A DNA stretch of 64,000 nt, taken from Acidobacteriota bacterium (lineage in GTDB: Bacteria > Acidobacteriota > Thermoanaerobaculia > Multivoradales > UBA5704). The first letter of the stretch is position 1. Each line of letters begins with the position of its first letter. Where the stretch lies: assembly GCA_040005235.1 (NCBI GenBank), contig JBDTZG010000012.1:1-64000 (forward strand). The letters run 5' to 3'. Both the position numbers and the translations under genes were made by a program. The notes beneath the pieces were generated by a model. It was not told the origin of the DNA. It worked only from the letters and a program-made list of their open reading frames with translations, and did not search any database. Positions 38,906 to 48,185 of this stretch are shown here, piece after piece.

Positions 38906-41866
38906 ATGCATTACCTCGACTTCACGCTCGATTTCGTTCCCGATGGCAAGGGCGGCGCCTCCGTGAAAGTCGCGGATTCGCCGGCCGGGCAAGGAAGTCT
39001 CGAACCCTTCGACCCTCCACCGGTCGAGGAAGATCTCGCCGTCGTGACCCGGGCGGCAGCTGCGCGTCTCGATGCCGAACGGTCGGGGGTCGCGAGATCC
39101 GATCTCGGCGGCCTCGAAGAGCTGTCTGCGGCAGCTCTTCGCTCCCTCGGAGCACAGCTTTTCGAACGCCTCTTTCGTGGCTCCGTGCGCCGGCTCTTCG
39201 ACCTCAGTCTCGGTCGCCTACGCCCGGACGATGGACTACGGATCAAGATCCAGCTCGACCTGCACGAGCAAGCGCTCGCTCCTCTACACACGCTGCCGTG
39301 GGAATTGCTCTTTGAAGGACAGAGCAACCACCGTTTGGGTCTCGACCAACGGTTCTCGATCGTCCGCTTCGTTCCTCAGCGGCGGATGCTCGATCGACGA
39401 GAGCTGCCTCGCCCTCTGCGCATTCTGCTGGCCGGCGCCGAGCCTCGTTCCGCGAGGATTCTTTCCCTCGACGACGAAATCGAACGGGTCCGTAAAGCGG
39501 TAGAGCAACCGGGCAAGATCGAGGTCGAGCCGCTGATCCATACGACGCCCGAGTCGCTGCGCCGGGCGCTCACGGACGGAAAGGAGTTTCACGTCCTCCA
39601 CTTCATGGGCCACGGCGATTTCGATTCCGATTCCGGCGAGGGCGAGATTCATTTGGAAGATGGCAGGCGCGGTACCTCGAAAGTGCCTGGCCGCACGCTC
39701 GCCGACCAGTTGCGCGATCGGACCTCCCTCCGGTTGGTTTTCCTGAACGCCTGCCGTACCGCCCGATCCGCCGCGCCCAATCCTTTCAGCGGAGTGGCCG
39801 CCGCCTTGGTCCAAGCGGGGGTGCCGGCGGTGATCGCGATGCAGTTTCCGATCACCGACAGCGCAGCGATCGTTTTCAGCGAAACGGTGTACCGACGCCT
39901 CGCGGCCGGCGAGCCGATCGATGCCGCGGTGACCGAAGGGCGACACGCGATGGCCGCACGGTTCCCGCGGCAGCTCTCTTGGGGCACGCCGGTCCTGTTT
40001 CTTCACGTGTCGGATGGGCGCCTGTTCGTCCCGGTGCTGAGACCTCCCGATCCTAAGCGTGCTCCTTCCTCGCCTGCTCCTCTGCGTCCCCTCCATCAGC
40101 TCCCCGCTCCACCCGCCGACTTCGTTGGCCGCGAGGCGGAGCTCGCAGAATTGCGTGGCGCGATGTCGAAAGGCGCCCCGATCTGTTCTGTTCAAGGGAT
40201 GGGGGGAGTAGGCAAGACCGCCTTGGCGCTCAAGGTGGCGCACGAGTTTCGCGATGACTTTCCGGACGGTCAGATCTACCTCGACCTTCAAGGCATGAGC
40301 GCCAGGCCCCTCACCCCGGCCGAGGGGGCGGCGCATGTGATCCGCTCGTTCCATCCGGAAGCGCCTCTCCCCGCGGACTCTCGGCTCGCCGCCCTTTATC
40401 GCGAAGTGCTCCACGATAAACGTGTTCTTCTCTTGATGGACAACGCGGCAGATCGAGGACAGGTCGAGCCTTTACTTCCGCCCGACACGTGCGCTCTTCT
40501 CGTCACCTCGCGCCAACGCTTTTCTCTTCCTGGACTGTTTCGCCGGGATCTGGATCAGCTTCCGCCGGACGATGCCTGCGCGCTCCTCCGGAAGATTTCT
40601 CCCCGGATTGGCGACCAGGCCGCCAGCATCGCGCGCAATTGCGGCTACCTGCCGTTTGCCCTCCGCGTCGCGGCGAGCACCCTCGCCGAGCGCACGGACC
40701 TCTCCGTCGCCGACTATGTTCAGCGACTGGAGAAAGAAGGACAAAGGGCCAAGCTCGGGGAAGCCGCGCTTGGCCTTAGCTACAAGCTGCTTCCCGAGAT
40801 CCTACAAACGCGCTTCCGTGCTCTCGCCGTCTTCCCGGCGACCTTCGATGCGGCGGCGGTCGCCGCCGTCTGGAGTCTGCAAGGGAACGACGACGAAACG
40901 GACGAATCTCTCGGCGAACTGGTGCGCCGCAGCCTTCTCGCCGGAGAAGATAGGCGCTACCGGTTGCATGACCTGGCGCACGCGTTTCTCCGAGCGAATC
41001 TCCCCTCTGTTGAGGAGGAAGCGGCCAAGTCGTGGCACGCGAACCACTTTCTCGCAGTCCTCGCCGCCGCGAACGAGCGATACCTGGAGGGCAACGACGG
41101 CATTCTGATAGGGCTCTCGTCGTTCGACCGGGAACGGATCCACATCCTCGCGGGCCAAGCGTGGGCATCCGCTCGAACGGAAGTCTCCGAAGAAGCCGCC
41201 CGCGCCGCCGGTCGATTCCCTTCTGCCGGCGTTCATCTCTTGAAGTTGCGCCTTGCCCCGCAAGAGCAGATCGCCTGGGTGGAAAAAGGCCTCGCCGCGG
41301 CTCGGCGGCTCGGCGATCGGTCGCTCGAAGGAGGGCACCTGGGAGGCCTGGGGATCGCTCATGCCGCCTTGGGCGAAACCCAACGAGCGATCGAATGCTT
41401 CGAGCAGTATCTGGCGATCTCTCGCGAGACCGGCGATCGGCGGGGCGAGGGGAACGCCCTCGGAAATCTGGGCAACACCTACGCCGACCTCGGCGAGACC
41501 CGACGTGCCATCGAGCTATACGCCCAAGATCTCGCCATCCGACGCGAGCTGGGCGACCGCCGCGGCGAAGGCAATGCCCTCGGTAATCTTGGTACCGCCC
41601 ACGCCGACCTCGGAGAGACCCGAAAGGCGATTGAGCTCTACGAGCAGCGCCTCGAAATCGCCCGCGAAATCGGCGATCGAAGAGGAGGCGCGAACGCCTC
41701 GTGGAATCTAGGCGCCGCCTACGAGAAACTCGGAGAGATCGCCCGGGCGATCGACTTCCTGCAGGCCTGTGTCGATTTCGAGCGGGAAGTCGGCCACCCG
41801 GATGCCGAGCAGGACGCGGCGCATGTCGAGGAGCTTCGGGCGCTGGCGGAAGAGAACAAGGCTTAG
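38906..41866 (+). CDS. CHAT (caspase-like) protease + NB-ARC STAND NTPase + TPR protein
   Basis: LPWELL; HFMGHG and FLNAC dyad; Walker A GMGGVGKT; Walker B LLLMDN; LVTSR; GYLPFAL; LHDL; about 40-aa GDRRGEGNALGNLG TPR units. Confidence 0.9.
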   Translation: MHYLDFTLDFVPDGKGGASVKVADSPAGQGSLEPFDPPPVEEDLAVVTRAAAARLDAERSGVARSDLGGLEELSAAALRSLGAQLFERLFRGSVRRLFDLSLGRLRPDDGLRIKIQLDLHEQALAPLHTLPWELLFEGQSNHRLGLDQRFSIVRFVPQRRMLDRRELPRPLRILLAGAEPRSARILSLDDEIERVRKAVEQPGKIEVEPLIHTTPESLRRALTDGKEFHVLHFMGHGDFDSDSGEGEIHLEDGRRGTSKVPGRTLADQLRDRTSLRLVFLNACRTARSAAPNPFSGVAAALVQAGVPAVIAMQFPITDSAAIVFSETVYRRLAAGEPIDAAVTEGRHAMAARFPRQLSWGTPVLFLHVSDGRLFVPVLRPPDPKRAPSSPAPLRPLHQLPAPPADFVGREAELAELRGAMSKGAPICSVQGMGGVGKTALALKVAHEFRDDFPDGQIYLDLQGMSARPLTPAEGAAHVIRSFHPEAPLPADSRLAALYREVLHDKRVLLLMDNAADRGQVEPLLPPDTCALLVTSRQRFSLPGLFRRDLDQLPPDDACALLRKISPRIGDQAASIARNCGYLPFALRVAASTLAERTDLSVADYVQRLEKEGQRAKLGEAALGLSYKLLPEILQTRFRALAVFPATFDAAAVAAVWSLQGNDDETDESLGELVRRSLLAGEDRRYRLHDLAHAFLRANLPSVEEEAAKSWHANHFLAVLAAANERYLEGNDGILIGLSSFDRERIHILAGQAWASARTEVSEEAARAAGRFPSAGVHLLKLRLAPQEQIAWVEKGLAAARRLGDRSLEGGHLGGLGIAHAALGETQRAIECFEQYLAISRETGDRRGEGNALGNLGNTYADLGETRRAIELYAQDLAIRRELGDRRGEGNALGNLGTAHADLGETRKAIELYEQRLEIAREIGDRRGGANASWNLGAAYEKLGEIARAIDFLQACVDFEREVGHPDAEQDAAHVEELRALAEENKA

Positions 41867-41937
41867 TTCCGTCCTAGCCGTAGCATGATAGCCGTGCAGT
41901 CGTACTAGCGTGTCACTGAATACCGAGCGAGGCATTT

Positions 41938-42267
41938 ATGATTCGAGTCCCTACCCACCGCGAACCCACCCATCCGGGAGAGATGCTGCTGGAGGAGTTC
42001 CTCAAACCCATGTCCTTGTCGCAACGCGACTTGGCCGATGGAATTCACGTACCCTATCAGCGCGTCAACGAGCTGGTGAACAAGAGGCGGGGGGTGACGC
42101 CGAGCACGGCACTTCGCCTTTCTAAGTTCTTCGGCACGTCGGCAGACTTCTGGATGAACCTGCAGCTGCGCTGGGATCTCTATCGAGCAAACCTCGACGA
42201 GGCCGTGGAGTTGAAGTTGATCCAGAGAATCAAGCCGAGCGGCGAAGCGGTAACCGCGAGCCGTTAG
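41938..42267 (+). CDS. higA: HigA-family antitoxin (XRE HTH), orphan
   Basis: PTHPGEMLLEEFLKP...SQRDLA...RGVTPSTALRL..FFGTSADFWMNLQ. Confidence 0.92.
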   Translation: MIRVPTHREPTHPGEMLLEEFLKPMSLSQRDLADGIHVPYQRVNELVNKRRGVTPSTALRLSKFFGTSADFWMNLQLRWDLYRANLDEAVELKLIQRIKPSGEAVTASR

Positions 42268-42376
42268 TTGCCCCCCCCCGAATAGCCTAGATCACTGGTG
42301 AGCTGGACCACTACTGTTCTGGCCAAGATCACCACCAGATCACTGGTGACCTGGAGGGTCTCCGTCGCGACGATTC

Positions 42377-42435
42377 CGGCTGTTCAAGTGAATTTCGCCG
42401 CCTCGGTGCCGAGCTGGTGCTCGGCGGTCCCGGGG
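42377..42435. repeat. REP-like element, partial copy of the 43014-43094 doublet
   Basis: GCCGAGCTGGTGCTCGGCGGTCCCGGG (42408-42434) is identical to 43068-43094; the upstream spacer is also similar. Confidence 0.75.
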
Positions 42436-42522
42436 AAAGGCGCTTGGCCTCGGCGCTTGCGAGTGCGGCCGGGGGTTCCAGGATTCTCCAGTGTTACGCT
42501 CTGCGCTGTTCCTGGAGGAATC

Positions 42523-42991
42523 ATGGACGCGCCAGTTCCTGGAAAGCGGTTCCGGGTGGCTCTCTCGTTTCCCGGCAAGCATCGCGATTTCGTCCGGCAG
42601 GACTCCGACTCGGACCTGATCGCCGTTTTCCTCTGCGCCGAGTATGAGAAGAAGGATTGGTGCCATCTGAAGTGGCGCGCGGTCCGCTCGCCCACGGCTG
42701 CCACGCGGGCCGGCAGCAGGAGGCGTGCGATGAGGTCTACACGAACCGCATCCAGCGAGGTAAGGAAGCCTTCAGCACGAAGAAGCTAGGAGCGATCAGC
42801 GCCGATCTGGGCGCCGTGGCCTGCTTCTTCGATCCTCCCTGGAACCGTTGTTTCTGGCCGATATCGCCTTGATGCGGGTGCGGTTGTTCCGGGACCCCGT
42901 GGCGTTGGGGGAGGCGCGGCGGTTGATCGATGCGCATGGCTATGGGCGGCGGCGGGAGGAGCTGGCGGACTTGACGGCGGAGTTGGGGTAG
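42523..42991 (+). pseudogene. Collapsed TIR-STAND/TPR gene remnant
   Basis: GGAGG RBS and ATG. TIR pieces RFRVALSFPG.HRDFV and LIAVFLCAEYEKKDWC..[K]W; then AHGCHAG...EVY..RI.RG...STKKLGA..ADL.A...FFDPPW; then LADIAL.R.RLF...ARRLI...GYGRR.EEL. Three frame-shifted segments. Confidence 0.7.
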
Positions 42992-43013
42992 AGGCTCGGC
43001 GGCTGGGGCTTCT

Positions 43014-43094
43014 CCCGGGACCGCCGAGCACCAGCTCGGCTGTTTTTGACGTTTGCGCCGCTTCGGTGCCGAGCTGGTGCTCGGCGGTCCCGGG
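43014..43094. repeat. REP doublet (REPIN-like) with perfect 27-bp inverted arms
   Basis: CCCGGGACCGCCGAGCACCAGCTCGGC (43014-43040) and its reverse complement (43068-43094); each arm is itself a hairpin. Confidence 0.85.
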
Positions 43095-43264
43095 GTGGGC
43101 TTTGTGTAAGGCGGGAACCAACGTCGAGATGTCCGTGCAGGAAAGCCTGAGGGTCGTCCGCCTCGGCGGAGCCAATGGCGTGATGGCAGCCGATCTGGCG
43201 GCGGCGCAAGCGCTCAGCGAGTCCCGCTGGGCGAATGCGGCCGCCGACACGGTGGCGTGACCGT

Positions 43265-43560
43265 CGAAAGCGGCTTTCCGCCGCTGGATTCGGGCGTCTG
43301 GCACGGAATCCGGGATGCAGAAGGAAAAACGCGCGATTCCTTGATCTAGAGCGGCTATCCGAGGCCGCTAGCCGCTCGCAGCCGCCGCAACGTCGCTCTT
43401 CGCGAGCGATAGCTGCTTTCGAGGAGCAATGCCAGCTATTCCGTTCTCGATAGCGGGGTTCCACGGGTGATGGCGGAATCCAGAGCCGGATAGCCGGTCT
43501 CGAAGACCGCAGAGCCGCCATCGACGGCCGATAGCGGCTCTACGGCGCCGTTCGGCGTCG
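43265..43560. repeat. Highly degenerate tract with about 20-21 bp periodicity
   Basis: GATAGC recurs at 43408, 43449, 43489 and 43530, with variants near 43266 and 43347. Confidence 0.45.
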
Positions 43561-43692
43561 TTCCCCGGCGGATTTTCGCGGAATCCGCCGGATGAACGAT
43601 TGCCGCGTAGGAAAGTGAAGCTACAACCACCACTTACGGGATCACCCGCGCGCAGGCTCCTAGGGAGAGGTTTCAGCTCCTCGCGCCGCCTC

Positions 43693-44502
43693 CTACCCGC
43701 GGTTCTTTTCGTAGATCAACTTCAACCCCACCAGAGTGAGCATGGGATCCACCTTCTGGATATACCGCGAGCCGGAGGCGATCATTTCGGCTTGGCCTCC
43801 GGTGGCGACTACGTTCTTCAAGCCGGGGAATTCGGCGACGAGGCGCTCGAGGATTCCGTCGACGAGGCCTACGTAGCCGTAGTAGATGCCGGCTTGCATG
43901 GCGTTTACGGTATTGCGGCCGACCAGTTGATCGGGCTTTTTGACGTCGACGCGGTAGAGGCGCGAGGCGTGGGCGAATAGGGCTTCGGCGGAGATGGTGA
44001 TGCCGGGGCAGATGATGCCTCCAACGTATTCGCCTTTGGCGTTCACCACGTCAAACGTGGTGGCGGTGCCGAAATCGACCACGACGACCGGGGCTCCGTA
44101 CAGTTCTCTTGCGGCGACCGAGTTGACGATCCGGTCGGCACCCACTTCGGCGGGGTTGTCGTAGCGGATCGGCATGCCGGTTTTGACCCCCGGCTCGATG
44201 AACAGGGGGCGCTTGCCGAAGTAGCGCTCGGCGAGTTGGTCCAAGGTGAAATGGAGCGGCGGCACGACCGAGGAGATGACCACCGCTTCCGAAGCCGTGG
44301 GGTCGATGCCCGCGCGCTCGAACAGCGGCAAGAGGAGGGCGCCGTATTCGTCGGCGGTGCGCTCGGCGTCGGTGGAAAGGCGAAAGCTTTCGATCAGCTC
44401 GTCGCCGCGGTAGACGCCGAAAACGGTATTGGTGTTGCCGACGTCGACCAGGACCAGCAGGCCGTCGGTCACGGGGGTCGTGGCTTTTCGCGCGCGGATC
44501 AT
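43693..44502 (-). CDS. coaX: Type III pantothenate kinase
   Basis: DVGNTN, SSVVP, GADR, DFGTATT, GGIICPG and ATGG. Confidence 0.95.
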   Translation of the reverse strand: MIRARKATTPVTDGLLVLVDVGNTNTVFGVYRGDELIESFRLSTDAERTADEYGALLLPLFERAGIDPTASEAVVISSVVPPLHFTLDQLAERYFGKRPLFIEPGVKTGMPIRYDNPAEVGADRIVNSVAARELYGAPVVVVDFGTATTFDVVNAKGEYVGGIICPGITISAEALFAHASRLYRVDVKKPDQLVGRNTVNAMQAGIYYGYVGLVDGILERLVAEFPGLKNVVATGGQAEMIASGSRYIQKVDPMLTLVGLKLIYEKNRG

Positions 44503-45326
44503 GCGATCACCTCTCCGGCCGAGATCGTGATTTCTTCGAGCGTTCCGGGAACGGCCGCGCCGGGCGGCGACGTCGCCAGGCGCAGGCCCCCGTTGGCGTC
44601 GAAGCCGAGGAACGTTCCGGAGACGGTCCGGTCGCCCATCCGGCAGACCAGCCGATCGCCGACTTGGTGGACCGACAAAGCGCGATAGGCGTCCGCCGCG
44701 TAGGCGGTGTCGCCCAGATGCTTCAGCTCCTCTTCGATCGCGCAGGCGAGGCTTGTCGCCAGCTCCGAAAGCGAGGCGTGCCCCCCTTCGATTTCGAGCG
44801 AGGTCGCGGCGGCGATCGGCAGATCTTCCGGCCGGTGCGAATGGTTGACGCCGAATCCGAGCATCACGATTGCCCCCTCGTCCGTTCGGTGCGCCGCTTC
44901 GATCAGCAGGCCGCCGATCTTACGGCCGGCGATCATGACGTCGTTCGGCCACTTGAGTCGCGGCGCCTGGTCTTCCTCGGGGCTTCCGCCGGCGGGGAGA
45001 AGCGGCGCGAGCCCGCGGCAGATCGCCACCCCGGCGAGCAGCGGAAGGGTCGCCAAGTGCGCCGGATTGGCGACCCAGGTCAGCATCGTCGCATAGATCC
45101 CCAAACCGCCCGGGCTTGCCCACTGCCGTTTCTCGCGCCCGCGCCCCGCGGACTGGGTCCACGCGAAGAGGTAGGCGCGCGGCAGATTCTGGCGCTCGTC
45201 TTCATACTCGGCGGCGATCATCCGCGCCAGGCGGTTCGTCGAGTCGGTGTCGGCGACGATGATGAGGTTCTCGTCGCCGCACGGGTGCCAGCGCGTCAGC
45301 TCGGCGGCGAATGTCGGAAAATCCAC
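44499..45326 (-). CDS. birA: Biotin--protein ligase (no HTH domain)
   Basis: DSTN, QSAGRGR, KWPND, RKIGGLL and GVN. Confidence 0.92.
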   Translation of the reverse strand: MDFPTFAAELTRWHPCGDENLIIVADTDSTNRLARMIAAEYEDERQNLPRAYLFAWTQSAGRGREKRQWASPGGLGIYATMLTWVANPAHLATLPLLAGVAICRGLAPLLPAGGSPEEDQAPRLKWPNDVMIAGRKIGGLLIEAAHRTDEGAIVMLGFGVNHSHRPEDLPIAAATSLEIEGGHASLSELATSLACAIEEELKHLGDTAYAADAYRALSVHQVGDRLVCRMGDRTVSGTFLGFDANGGLRLATSPPGAAVPGTLEEITISAGEVIA

Positions 45327-45346
45327 GATGAGCTCCGGCTCTTTCC

Positions 45347-48097
45347 TCAGCCCGCCAGGCTCGAACGGAGGCTCGACCGGCGGTCTTCCATTTGGGCGAG
45401 CGCGGCTCGGCGTTTCTCCACCACCGGGGCCGGGGCCTTGGCGAGGAAGCTCTCGTCGGCGAGCTGGGCATGGGTCCGCTCGATCTCAAGGTCGAGCTTT
45501 TCGATTTCCTTTTCGAGCTTCGCCCGCTCGGCCGCCTCGTCGCCGCCTTTCTTGGCGCCGAGGATCTTGATTCCGATCCCCGCCACCAGGTCCTCCGGTC
45601 CGCCGTCGGACGTCGACCAGGCGCGCGAGCTGACTTCCAGGGATTCGAGCCGGCAGAGGGCGGCGAACAGCCCCTGCTGCTCGGCGACGAATGCTTCGAG
45701 CACGGGCGATGCGGTCCACAAGCCCACTTTCCGCTCGCGGCCGGTCTCGGCGAGCACGGCGCGGACGCGGGTGACCGCTTCGAACATCGCATCCATCTGC
45801 GCCTCGACCGATTCATCGCGCCAGACAGGGTTCGCCTGCGGATAGGGGGCCAGGCAGATCGTCGAGGGATGGATCTCCGCGCGGCCGGGCAGGCGCTGCC
45901 AGACCTCTTCGGTGAGGAACGGCATCACCGGATGGAGCATGCGGAGAGCCTGGTCGAGCACGGTGAGGAGAACGTCGCCGATCCGCGGCCGGAGCTTGCG
46001 GTCGGCGTCCGAGCCGAGCAGCGCGGGCTTGGCCAGCTCGATGTACCAGTCGCACAGCTCTCCCCAGAAGAAGTGGTAGAGCCGGTTGCACGCCTCGTCG
46101 AAGCGGAAGGTCTCGAACTTCTCGTGGACCTCGGCCGCGGTGGCCGAGAGGCGCGAGAGAATCCAGCGCTCCGGCGCGGCGAGGTCGGCCACGGCAAGAT
46201 CTTCGGGCCGCACCCTGACGCGCGCCCCTTCCGGAATGCGGGCGAGCGCGAAGCGGGTGGCGTTCCAGATCTTGTTGCCGAACGCCCGGTAACCGGCGAT
46301 CTGGTCGGGGTTGAGCGGGATGTCGCGGCCGGGGCTGTCGAGCGAGGCGAGCGTGAAGCGCACCGCATCCGCGCCGTACTCATCGATCAGGTCCACGGGG
46401 TCGAGCACGTTCCCCTTGGTCTTGGACATCTTGACGCCTTCGGCGTCGCGCACCAGGCCGGTGAGGTGGACGGCGGCAAACGGCGATTCCCCGGTGAGAT
46501 GCAGGCCGGCCATCACCATCCGCGCGACCCAGAAGAACAGGATGTCGTGGCCGGTGATCAAGACGGAGGTGGGATAAAACGTCTTCAAATCCGCCGTCTG
46601 CTCCGGCCAGCCGAGGGTTGAAAACGGCCAGAGCGCGGAGGAGAACCAGGTGTCGAGAACGTCCGGGTCTTGGCTCAGCTCCGCGGCGCTCGCCACCCCT
46701 GCCAGACGCACCGCCTCTTCCTCGTCGTGCGCCACGATCGTCTTGCCGTCGCCGGTGTACCAGGCGGGAATCTGATGGCCCCACCAGAGCTGGCGAGAGA
46801 TGCACCAGGGCCGGATGTTCGTCAGCCAGTGCTCCCACGTTTTGCCCCAGGTATCAGGGATCAGCCGCAACCGGCCGTCCTCGACCGCCGCGAGCGCCTG
46901 GGCCGCCATGCCGGACACGTCGCAGAACCATTGGGTGGAGACGAGCGGCTCGATCGCCTCGCCGCCCCGTTGGCTGTGGCCGACGTTGTGGACGTGATCC
47001 TCCACCTTCACCAGATGACCCGCGGCGCGCAACTGCTCGACCACCTTGATCCGCGCCTCTTCGCGGGTGAGCCCGGCGAAATCGGGCCCGGCCTCAGGCG
47101 TCATCCGGCCGGACTTGTCGATCACCGAGATGCCGGGCAGGTTGTGGCGCTTGGCGACCTCCAAGTCGTTCGGGTCGTGAAACGGCGTGATCTTCACGAG
47201 ACCCGTGCCGAATTCGCGATCGACCATCTCGTCGGGCACGAACGGCAGGCGCCGGCCGAGCAGCGGCAGGATCGCCGCCTTCCCCACGAGATGGGCGTAG
47301 CGCTCGTCTTCGGGGTGGAACGCCACGGCCGTGTCGCCGAGCATCGTCTCGGGCCGGGTGGTGGCGACGACGATCCGCTCGCCGGTGCCCTCCGGGTCTC
47401 CGGGCTCCCCTTCGATCAGGTATGAGATGTGGTAGAGCTTGCCCTGTACCGTCTTGGTCTCGACTTCGAGATCGGAAACGGCGGTTTCGAGCACCGGCGA
47501 CCAGTTGACCATGTACTCGCCGCGGGTGATCAGCCCTTCGCGGTAGAGCCGGACGAACGCCTCGCGCACCGCCCGATTGAGCCCTTCGTCCAGCGTGAAG
47601 CGCTCGCGCGTCCAATCGCAGGAGGCGCCCATCAGGTCGAGCTGTTGGCGGATGTTGCCGTGGTATTCCTTCTTCCACTCCCAGGTCCGTTCGAGGAACG
47701 CCTCGCGGCCGAGCGCCTTCCTCGACGTGCCTTCCTTCTCGACCTGCCGCTCGACCATCAACTGCGTGGCGATCCCAGCGTGGTCGGTGCCGGGGAGCCA
47801 GAGCGCGTTTTCGCCGCGCATCCGATGCCAGCGGACCAGGAGGTCCTGAAGGGTCGATTGGAGCGCGTGGCCGATGTGCAGTTTGCCCGTCACGTTCGGC
47901 GGCGGGATCATGATGCAGAAGCTCGGCCGGCCGGGAACCGGGACGACTTCAAAAATCCCCGCCTCCGCCCAACGGCGCTGCCAGACCTGCTCGTAGGTCG
48001 AAGGTTCGAAGCGCTTGTCCATCTCGGACTGGAGCGAGCTTCCCCCGGCTTCGGGCGCGGGATCGGAGGCTTCTGGGGTCGGTTCGGTCGGGCTCAT
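45347..48097 (-). CDS. valS: Valine--tRNA ligase
   Basis: PPPNVTG.LHIGHA, DHAGIATQ, WCISRQLWWGH, DVLDTWFSS, KMSKT and a C-terminal coiled coil. Confidence 0.98.
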   Translation of the reverse strand: MSPTEPTPEASDPAPEAGGSSLQSEMDKRFEPSTYEQVWQRRWAEAGIFEVVPVPGRPSFCIMIPPPNVTGKLHIGHALQSTLQDLLVRWHRMRGENALWLPGTDHAGIATQLMVERQVEKEGTSRKALGREAFLERTWEWKKEYHGNIRQQLDLMGASCDWTRERFTLDEGLNRAVREAFVRLYREGLITRGEYMVNWSPVLETAVSDLEVETKTVQGKLYHISYLIEGEPGDPEGTGERIVVATTRPETMLGDTAVAFHPEDERYAHLVGKAAILPLLGRRLPFVPDEMVDREFGTGLVKITPFHDPNDLEVAKRHNLPGISVIDKSGRMTPEAGPDFAGLTREEARIKVVEQLRAAGHLVKVEDHVHNVGHSQRGGEAIEPLVSTQWFCDVSGMAAQALAAVEDGRLRLIPDTWGKTWEHWLTNIRPWCISRQLWWGHQIPAWYTGDGKTIVAHDEEEAVRLAGVASAAELSQDPDVLDTWFSSALWPFSTLGWPEQTADLKTFYPTSVLITGHDILFFWVARMVMAGLHLTGESPFAAVHLTGLVRDAEGVKMSKTKGNVLDPVDLIDEYGADAVRFTLASLDSPGRDIPLNPDQIAGYRAFGNKIWNATRFALARIPEGARVRVRPEDLAVADLAAPERWILSRLSATAAEVHEKFETFRFDEACNRLYHFFWGELCDWYIELAKPALLGSDADRKLRPRIGDVLLTVLDQALRMLHPVMPFLTEEVWQRLPGRAEIHPSTICLAPYPQANPVWRDESVEAQMDAMFEAVTRVRAVLAETGRERKVGLWTASPVLEAFVAEQQGLFAALCRLESLEVSSRAWSTSDGGPEDLVAGIGIKILGAKKGGDEAAERAKLEKEIEKLDLEIERTHAQLADESFLAKAPAPVVEKRRAALAQMEDRRSSLRSSLAG

Positions 48098-48130
48098 GAT
48101 CTCGGTCTCTTCGCTGCCATAGGCGTCTCA

Positions 48131-48159
48131 GTAGGGGCGGGGGGAAACCCCGCCCCTAC
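48131..48159. repeat. GTAG-type REP palindrome
   Basis: GTAGGGGCGGGG-GGAAA-CCCCGCCCCTAC with perfect 12-bp arms; same termini as 28593-28645. Confidence 0.75.
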
Positions 48160-48185
48160 ACATTTGGGCCGAGGTTTCTTCAGGT

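Noticed and set aside
41310-41720. 120-bp DNA repeats as a hypervariable or DGR target region
   Set aside because: They are coding TPR units with many synonymous differences. I see no reverse transcriptase or template repeat.
42289-42359. 13-bp direct repeat AGATCACTGGTGA as a target-site duplication
   Set aside because: The copies are only 58 bp apart and enclose no recognisable element.
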